Below are positions 54,901 through 64,000 of a stretch of 64,000 nucleotides of DNA, in pieces. Numbering within the stretch: the first letter of the stretch is position 1; the number at the start of each line of letters is the position of its first letter. This DNA comes from the human T2T-CHM13v2.0 reference genome, Homo sapiens. Made by a program: the position numbers and the translations under genes. The stretch is taken from assembly GCF_009914755.1 (NCBI RefSeq), contig NC_060929.1. One strand, 5' to 3'. Below the pieces are notes generated by a model. The model saw only the letters and a list, made by a program, of their open reading frames with translations. It was not told where the DNA came from and did not search any database.

Positions 54901-56712
54901 CAGCCCCATAATGACTGGGAGCTTTACCCGGGTGCAGCTAGTCTCCTTTTAAAAATATCCATAGTTCTGAGCACAAGTTCTGGCATATAGTAGATGCTCC
55001 ATAAATTGTGACTAAATGAATAAGCAAATCTTTATATTCTTCTTTCCTGGGGCTAGTTTTGGGTGAAGTGAAGTAACTTGCAGTTTGCGTATGATTTGAT
55101 ATCACTTACTTGTCAACAGCAGGAAATTGCAGAAGGTTCTGGATTCTAAGACATGATGTATTTCACTTTTCCTCTGCCCTTTTCAGAAAAAAATTTTTCC
55201 TTGATCTATGAGAATCAAGCCATTGTAGTAAAGTCAGCAAGTCAATGTGATATGACATGAAGGCCAAACCTTATTTTAAGATGAGAAACTTGCTATAACT
55301 CCAGTCATTCTCTCTCATACCCTGGAGTCACTCTTCCTAAGAAACTAGAATAAAACTCTGCTAGCTACTACAGAAACAAGCAGTTCTGATGACTATAAAT
55401 TTGTATTCTGGTTTCAAGAGGGGGAGTCAGAGTTTATTTCTTTAGAGAGAAGTCTGGAGAGCCTCCCTCCAAATGAGAACTTCCTCTAAACCGTGAACTC
55501 CTCAAGGTCATGGACAGACATCAGGGATGATGGGGTCTATGGGAAGTCATAGGTCAGCATTGCCTCCCCGCCCCCCCGCCACAGGAATTGCAGGCACACT
55601 GTGTCACTATGCTTCAGTTCCTTACATAAATTTCCCAGTGGGATTGTCCCCAAATGAAAACTGCACCGAGACTCTGTGACCACAGTGAGCAATGTAGACA
55701 CGCAGCACCAAGAACAGATTTGTGCTGGACAAGGGCCTATCCCTCCCTGGACCGGCTCCCATTACACAGTCATCATTTTCACTTGTTCCTGCCTGTCCAT
55801 CCACAAACTTGATCAGGGCAGAGGATGGGTTTAGAAGCAGGGGAAATATTGTAGTGATTACAAAATTAATCTTCCTTTTTGCAAATCTCCCACTAAAAAA
55901 AAAAAAAATCTCAATTCCTTTGGTGTAGGTTCTTTCCATATTTCTGGAAAGAAGAACTTTCTTGTGTTTGGGTGGCTGCTTCTGGAAGATTGTGTATACC
56001 TGTTGTATACAATAATGAGGGGTCCTGATGACAATTACGTTTGCTTCCTTCTATGTTATCTTTTTGGCTTCTCAGAGCATCCTGGAGAGTTTTGGTCAAT
56101 ATCTGTGGAACCCACTTTTTCTCTCTCCTCTCAATGGAGTTGTGAAAGTGTGGATCAGAGCACTAGGGTGTGTTTTTGTCTGCTGTGAACAGCTTAGCAA
56201 AGGAACTTGGCATCCTCAACAGACAGAGTAGGTAATAAGTCTTGTGGGCAGAATCAATGATAAAAGGAAGGGGGAAAAAGCAGGACTAAGAGATGAGGAC
56301 AGCCAAACTGATTTCAGCTAAAACTGATTCAGCTTGCTAATGAATCCACCAGCTAGTACTGAATTCTTGATACTCTCCTCACTTCTCAAATCAAGTTAAA
56401 AAAATTGATTCCATGCCACTTACAAGAGGCAGAGCTGTCACTTACTAGGGAGATTAACTTGCTTTGTTGAATACTGACAGGGACCAGAGAAGGGCAGGAC
56501 CCACAGAGAATGCAGGGCACTCTAATTTGTGATAACCTCAAAACCTGAACTAGTAGTAAATTGAGGGTTTGTAATTTGTGCTAACATCCAGTCCAGACTA
56601 AGGTAAGCCTAGAGAGTGAATTTAAGGAAGCCCTAAACCTACAGGATTTTGTGTCATCTTTGTGAATCCAAGTGCCCAGACTGGTCAGAGCTTTAAAGGT
56701 GCAGATCCTAGT

Positions 56713-56786
56713 CCTCTTTTTTTTTTTAATTTTTTTCTTTTTACTGATACATACTAATAACAATAATTGTACATGTTTACGGGAGT
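56713..56786 (-). mobile_element. Extremely 5'-truncated L1MA-like insertion (~74 bp)
   Basis: Poly-T, then tgatacata...taattgtacatgtttacgggagta (L1MA 3' terminus); perfect TSD agatcctagt at 56703-56712 and 56787-56796. Confidence 0.7.
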
Positions 56787-57233
56787 AGATCCTAGTTTTC
56801 CTGCTCAGAGTCTGCACACTCTCACATTTAGCCAGCTACACCCATTAAGAAAGTTTGGGGGTCAAATATTGGAACAATGATGACTGCCCTGCCTCTGAAT
56901 ATTGGAGAACCCTGTAGGTGCGGAAGTCAGCTGAGTCAAGGAGAAAACACCAAGGATCCAAAATGCCAAGTGATGCTCCCTGCCAGAGTAGATGGTTTTC
57001 TGTTTCCTGCTGGGGCTCTGGGAAATTCTCAGTGTGGTCAGATATGTGAATACCATAGTACCTGGCTGGCCATCCCCCGTGTGATTCCTTTTAACCACCA
57101 CACTTTTGCCCTATGGCTTCAGGTGTTAACAGACTGGTGTTTAAATGTGCCTAAAGTGACTCTCTAGTGTCCTTTCAAATACAACACTGCTTAGTACAGA
57201 CAATGCCAAGAGAAAAAGGCTGTGGATTTATCA

Positions 57234-57600
<367 letters not shown>

Positions 57601-59849
57601 GTAACAATACAAATTATTATTATTTTCAATTCTTCCTAATTTTTACAGATTAAGTTTGGCTATGCACAGGAGGAAGACACCTTAAGAAATTATGGAAGAC
57701 CTTTACACTTGAAAAGTTCACTTTTATGATAAAGCTGCAAGACTCACAAGAAACATTTGGAAGTTGCCTAGTGCCCCTCTCCCAATTACATTGCATTTGA
57801 GACTTCCTAAAGGGATAATACGTCATTTGTTTTTCCTTCAGCTGGAGCTCTTAAGTTCTTAGGAAGGAACAGTAACAAACCGGGGGCCTCTGTCCAAATC
57901 CTGGATCAACTTGACTCTCGTTCTTTCCCTGGCTACCTGAGTTAAGCAGCTTTCTTTTCCCTGTTTCTCCAGGAAAAAATGATGACAATCCTCCTTTCCA
58001 GTTAATTCTTCCCAAGATTGTTGGAAAGAGCCATTAGTTTATGTTTTATTCTTTATGCCTGTAAGATCTTGGGATGAAATACTCTTGATAAACCACAAAG
58101 CCTATTACTATTTTAAGTACCTGCATCTTCCAAGAGAAGGAACATGCTGGCTCCCTGCAGGAGAAACAAATGGAGTCAGCTTTCTGGCTGGCACACTGTC
58201 TTTAAGAAAAAAATAAAAAAGACACAGATCGTCTTGTTCCGTCTACTGAAGAAAATGTGTTCAGATTTAGTAAAGCCGAACACACATTTCAGAGGAGTTA
58301 CTTGTTCCATACTCTCTGCTACACAAATCATGGTGGGGGGCGGGGGTTGTTTTGTTTCAGTTTGGTTATTTTTTGGTCCAAAAGAACAAGTTCTGAACAC
58401 AAAATGGAGAGGATACCAGGGTGGTGATAAAATGTGCCTTTTAGGATGTATGTGGGAAGAAACATGTTCTTTCTCTTATTTTAGTATCTTGTTTCATGGT
58501 TGTGAAGGAAAGAAAATGACTTTGGCTACCTGCATTTCAAATCGTACGTGCGGTCTGAGGGAGCACCTGGCACTTGCAAGAAAACAGCATGCAAAAATAT
58601 TTTGTTCTATTTTCCCATTGTAATCTCTCTTCCAGATTTTTTTTGTCCCTCCCTTTGTTTTCTTGTCAAGATTGACAAGCATCCATGTGTTACCAAGTGA
58701 CATAAAGTTCTTGCTTGAATAATCATGACTAAAATCCAGGGTATTTTAAAGCGCATTATTGACTTGGAGAGCCACCCACTAGATTGAATTCTTCTGAATT
58801 AACAAAGACTGACAGCCTCAGCAAGGTACGTTTACCCTAAACGGTCAGGGCCTCCCAGGTTCCTACCGTAGCCCTGGTGCTGGCCTCTTCTTCCCAGGGC
58901 TGTTATGATGAGGGTTATGGAGCTAGAAAGGCTTTTCTCATTAACATTACAGAAAACTACATGTTTAGGAATTAAACTCTGGATCAAAAAAGCAGATGAC
59001 AAGAAGAGGAACTGAAACTTCTTTTTATTTAAAGTGGGTAGCACTGCCTTGTTGACCTGCCATCAGCGTGAACACCAACTAATGCCGTTCTGGGATGAGA
59101 TGGCAGAACTCATGGGATACTTAGAGAGAAAGAGGGGGGCATTTTTAATAAAAAGTAGTGAAATCATGTTTTACTCTCAGCATGTACTGAGGCTCTTGGG
59201 AAGGGAGTGTGACAATCTCTGAAGAAAATTGTTGAAAGGGTCATTATGTTGGAATATGCTGAACATGAGGCCTTTACTCCTTTTTCTTTCTCCAGTGCTA
59301 GGAGTGGCTACAGAAACTCTGTATAAAAGGGCTTAGAAACTGCATTCTGTTTGGAAAGGAGGAGGTGGGAAGGGAACTTACCTGGAAGCAGTATTTCTCA
59401 GCAAGCCCACTGTTTTTAATTAGGTACTATTTGTTTAAAGAGTGGCTTGGCTAATCACCTCCTCCCTCAAACCAAATGAACCCTTGGTGAAGCCCTTGAC
59501 TAATTCCTTGGGCAATGCAATTTCCTTTAAAAAAAAAAATCTTATGCATTTATCATCTGTATAAAACAAAGACACGCAATTGATACAAATGTACTGCTCA
59601 CAGGGTCCAGCAGTTACAACTCCATTTTAAAAATAGGCCTTCATATGTATTTAACCACTGAATGACTTGATTAATATAGCAGAATGTATCAAAATAAAAA
59701 CTGATGGAGAATATTGGCCAGATTATTTCTAATGATTTTCAGAAATACTTGTTTTCCAAAGGGAATGTGCAAAAATTATAATGCTTTTCATAGCATTTTT
59801 TGCCAATGCTTTCCTGAAGGATAGTTATCAGCAGAATACAAAACTAATC

Positions 59850-59927
59850 TTTGCAAACAATCTCTAAGAAATTGTTTTGCAAACAATCTCTAAGAAATTG
59901 TTTTGCAAACAATTCTCAAGAAACTGT
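59850..59927. repeat. 26-bp tandem repeat, 3 copies (2 perfect)
   Basis: Unit tttgcaaacaatctctaagaaattgt at 59850 and 59876; diverged copy at 59902. Confidence 0.93.
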
Positions 59928-61299
59928 TAGAATGGTCAGTGAGCAATTCATCAGGATTATATTGAACTTTTAAAATGACACCTAGATTATAGACATTCCT
60001 ATAAGACATTCAGGTACATACATGTGTGTTTTAGTCACCACATGCATGGACATCTAGATTCCAACATTTTCCCTGTGATTCTTTTTATACAACACCTTAG
60101 ATTACTTGAGCATTCCAAATGCTTTGTTACCAGATTAGGTGTGTTGGTGCAGCACTGCTCATTGTCCCATCTCTGGTCCAGTCAGCTTTCCATTAGCGTG
60201 TGCAACAGTTTGCACGTTCTGGATTTTATACCATTTCCCTCATCTGTGTGTGGGTGTGTCCAGCCTTCCCACTCAATGAGGTTCTAGACATCTCACAATT
60301 AGGTGTAGATACAGTCTCAGTTTCAGGAGCAGCTACCTGACTATTCCATAAAGCAGAATCTGAAATTGTCATCTACTCCTCACTTCCCCTACTTCCTTAG
60401 GGGAAGAAATGCGTGATTTCTCTGGACCAGCACACCCATAATTTGCCTCAGTGACATTCAGATGGTGTTATGGGTTTTCACATTTTTACAGTAGCCTCTG
60501 TGGCTAATATGAAAATTTACACCATGCATTTCTCCACTCTCTTAAAGCCTACAATGCTTTTAACTCAAGTGTTCTATTTTCTAAGAAGTCCCTAACCCCA
60601 TCTTGACTATTTTTAAAAGTAATTTCCTTTAACTCAATCTTACTAATCTATAACCCCAAACTTTTTCCCATTCACGTTTTAAAAAAGTATTTATCTCTCC
60701 TATTATTTATGTATAATATAAATGCTTGGATTTTATTTCTTCTCTATAAATCACTATTATGTCATGCTTACACGTAATGTCTGCCTTATGTTGTAAGCTT
60801 TGAAAGTACAGACTGTAAACATTAACTTTATTTTGCACAGCACTGAGCACAATGTCATGATCACTTAAATGCTGTTGATGATGATGGTGAAGATGACAAT
60901 GATAACGTAATGCTGTTCTGGTTTGAAAATGTCATGTAAGGAGTCTAGTACATATTTTTTAATGTAAGTTGTTTCTCATCCTATAAAGCTGTCATTCTTC
61001 ATTAACAAAAAAAGGTTACAGTAAGTTATAATTAGTGTTTAGTGCCCTGTCAAATAATTAAGTATAATAAAAAGCTTTCAATGAGCTTAATGTTAACATG
61101 GGGTAATTAAAGCCAAGTCTTGAAATGCATTAGGTGTCTATTATGTCAGATATTTGATGTTTTTTTCTTCTACAGATGAAATTGTCAAATTGTGCTTATA
61201 GCAATGTCATCATCAAAGACAAAAACACACTCACATCACATAGATGTAAAATGGGCTTTGACGTGCCCCAAAAGGGTAGAATTTAGAAAATGGAACAAT

Positions 61300-61420
61300 C
61301 TCTCATACAGCCCTGTTATTTACAGATAAGGAAACTGAGTCCCAAAGATATCGTGTGACTTGCCTAAGGTCACACAGTAGTAAGTTAATTCTTCCTTGAT
61401 TGTGAGAATTGAGGCTTTGG
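61300..61420 (-). mobile_element. MIR core fragment
   Basis: tttacagataaggaaactgagtccca...gtgacttgcctaaggtcacacag. Confidence 0.8.
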
Positions 61421-61873
61421 GCAGTACTGAAGAGATTATGATTATCATTACTGTTATTCTTTTCTTCTTCCAGTATATTTGCTGGGAAAATGCTTATTTG
61501 GTCTTTTTCTTGATGGGGTGAAAAAACTATGTCTAAAGTAAAAGAATACAATTTGTATTTGGCTCCTGTTGTATTTAACAGTCGTTTTAGGATGCAGGGC
61601 TTGTCATAGTGCCTATTTTAAGGCTCAAATACAGAGACTAGGCTGAAATCTCACTATTCTCTCATCAGAATAACTGGAATGCGCCCAGATACTTGGCCAT
61701 TTCTAACTCTGCATTCTTTGAGCTTCCCAGGCCTTCTCTTGTGCATGTTGTATTATCTTTTCTGTCCACAAAGATTTTGAAAAATCAGCAGAGTACAAGT
61801 AGCCCCTGAAATAAAGGCATCATTCAAGGAACAAACAAGTAGAAGGAGGGATCCAATTAAAATGATGAAAATC

Positions 61874-61886
61874 TTTAATTTTTATT
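61874..61886 (-). terminator. Terminal polyadenylation signal (AATAAA 61881-61886, ATTAAA 61874-61879)
   Basis: Minus strand reads ...tgtatatacacgtgtccgtacaagtataactaAATAAAaATTAAAgattttcatcatttt, then cttctacttgtttgttcc as a downstream element. Confidence 0.75.
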
Positions 61887-63091
61887 TAGTTATACTTGTA
61901 CGGACACGTGTATATACAAATACAGATCGTATGGGTTTGTTTGTGTGTGGGTTTTTTTTTTTTACATTTTCTTTTACGTTTATATAATGTCAGCATTTCA
62001 AAACAGCACTCGATGAGTAAGTGCAAAGGAACTGCAAAGCAGGGCAGTACAAGCACAGGACCACACGGAGCTGGACTTCACACCCAGACGCACACACAAT
62101 GAGTGGCTTCAATGGGGTGTCAAGAGTAAGCATGGAGAGCGGATTTTGACTCATGGGTAACCTCCGACATGCCAGCATCTATTAAACTGTACAGACAATG
62201 GGAGCAAGCCCATTGTAGGGAGATTTGTCTCACATCCTAGCAGCCCTGGGGCCAATGCATGGGAAAAACTCAGTGATGCCAAACCAGAGACAGACCTGCC
62301 CATTCACAGCTCTGAGGGGAAATAAAACGTGGGAGGAAGGCAAGAGACACACAAAAAATAAACATACTAAGTAAAAGGGGGGTGGTGTAGGCAAACGGGG
62401 GTGTTGGTGGAGGCGGTTTTCAAAAGAAAAGTCAGTGACCACAACTCTGAGAGCAATGAATGGAAAGGAGGAGTTGAAAACTGTTTTTCTAATTATTTGA
62501 AAATAATACAAATGGCTGCTGCCGTTGCTAAGGCACCGGAGAAAAACAGAGTCCCTGAAAATCCACAGGTACTGTGTGACTCTTCCTTTCACAACGACAC
62601 AGAGAGGGAAACAGCCCCATTTAAGCTTCCTACACTGATTGGTTTGCAACCATTTCCATGAGTGAGCTGCACATGATATTGATAAAGACTCTTCCTGGGA
62701 AAAAATAAAACAGTCCATGAAAACAATCACAAACAGAAAACCAAACCAAACCAAAGTACAGAACTGTTTCTAAATTCCCTATCCTTTTCAAACCAACATG
62801 CTGGTGGAGAAGGGAGGGTGGGCCACAGGGCTCCAACATCAGACCTTGAAAACACCGAGGACAAAATATCGATCAAAAAAGTCATGTTGTTCCAGGTCCC
62901 AAGATGATGGAGTCATAAGATTGGGTGGGCAATGACCACACATGAGTCCTGTATGGAGCAGTGTCTCAGCCACTTGTGACTCTTTTTTTCAGCCATGGTA
63001 CACATTGGATGTTTCAAAGCCTCAATGCATGTTTTGTATCCTGAAAGTCTATTGTTCTCACTTACAAAAGACATAAGAATCAAATTAATAC

Positions 63092-63097
63092 TTTATT
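63092..63097 (-). terminator. Candidate proximal alternative poly(A) signal
   Basis: Minus strand reads tTGTACATAgtgtttgatAATAAAgtattaatttgattcttatgtcttttgt. Confidence 0.5.
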
Positions 63098-64000
63098 ATC
63101 AAACACTATGTACAACAGAGGTTGCTAATAATACAGAATTTAAAGAACGCAGTTTTTTTTTTTTTTTTAATGTTTTACTTTTCTTTCCTCTGCCACCCAA
63201 GAAAGTACAGTACAAAACAATAGTCTAAACTAACACGAACTGTTACCTGGTCTATTAAAGGATACACGGTATCCACTAAACAGACAGATCCTTATTTCCC
63301 TGCTTGATGTTGCAAAGCCCTTGGCAACCAGGGGCAAAGGTCACTGGGGTTTGACTAACTGGGGCTGAGTGGCAGCTATGACTGTCCTTCAGATTTTTGA
63401 GTTGTTTTTGAAATTAAAAGCTTCTAAAAGTTGCATCAACATCCTCCTAAGCCCCCAGAGGATTGTAACACCACCACAAAAGGCCACCAACACTTTTTAA
63501 ACAAAGTGAAAACTGTCTGACACCAATCATCTTGAAAACTCCATGGCAAGTGCATTAGCTATGATTTCATCACTTACAGGTAGAGAAGCTTACTGTCTAC
63601 TGGTGTGGACACTCTTGCTATTTTCTTTATACTTAATTTGCAGTGGCAGAATGGTGAAGTAAAGGGGTCTAATTTCACTGTGAAAAAATGAAAGACAATG
63701 GCAGAGAGGGCCATGAGTAATTATTTCACCATTTGTTAGAGACAAATGCTAAGAAAACCACAGAAGTCACCATTTCTAAAATGCATTTAGCACTGCTAAC
63801 ATAGTTATGACTAACTGGAATCATGACAGGATCATTTGATTTCCTTGTGGTTATAGAACATGCTGTATTATTTTGGTTCTATTGATCCATTTTAGAAGGT
63901 ATCTTTCTCCCCCTACCCAAATCCCACTGGACCAACAAGCCTGTAACTATTAATTAAAAAAAAAAAAGTATTTCTGCATATGACTGAGAGTACTGCATAT

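Larger units (their letters stand above)
61860..64000 (-). other. Distal part of a long 3' UTR (last exon) of a minus-strand gene extending beyond the window
   Basis: No interspersed repeats for >2 kb; minus-strand AATAAA and ATTAAA with upstream UGUA/Pumilio elements and a downstream U/GU-rich tract; retained CpGs near the end. Unverified recollection suggests FOXP1. Confidence 0.75.

Noticed and set aside
56305-56334. Imperfect 16-bp tandem duplication
   Set aside because: Too short and imperfect to separate from background slippage.
62374-62416. G-rich stretch as a G-quadruplex
   Set aside because: Only two runs of three or more G, and on the strand opposite the inferred mRNA.
62230-62754. 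Longest ORF (174 aa, minus strand), and the 159-aa ORF at 58144-58623
   Set aside because: No recognisable domain and low-complexity composition; the first lies in a presumed 3' UTR. Lengths are compatible with chance.

Overview
Primate (very likely human) genomic DNA: AT-rich, CpG-poor, with Alu, L1, L2, L3/CR1, MIR, MaLR (MLT1), ERVL (LTR16), ERVK (MER11), MER5 and mariner relics. I see no credible protein-coding exon; the listed ORFs are short, random or repeat-derived. About 1-61.85 kb reads as intergenic sequence downstream of a gene. The last ~2.1 kb looks like the end of a long, repeat-free 3' UTR on the minus strand, with a terminal poly(A) signal at ~61.88 kb and a candidate proximal one at ~63.09 kb. 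From unverified memory it resembles the FOXP1 3' end, so I assign no symbol. I find no evidence of a new biological system. The best-supported observations are traces of insertion and repair: a twin-primed inverted L1PA, a 27-bp locally copied patch in an old L1, a template-switch hairpin in an Alu, a two-LTR MLT1 element with a nested LTR16, a MER11 solo LTR with a perfect 6-bp TSD, and an internally deleted L1MA. There are also two quasi-palindromic tandem repeats and several candidate enhancer motif clusters. Repeat subfamily names come from recalled consensus sequences, and the boundaries of old repeats are approximate.
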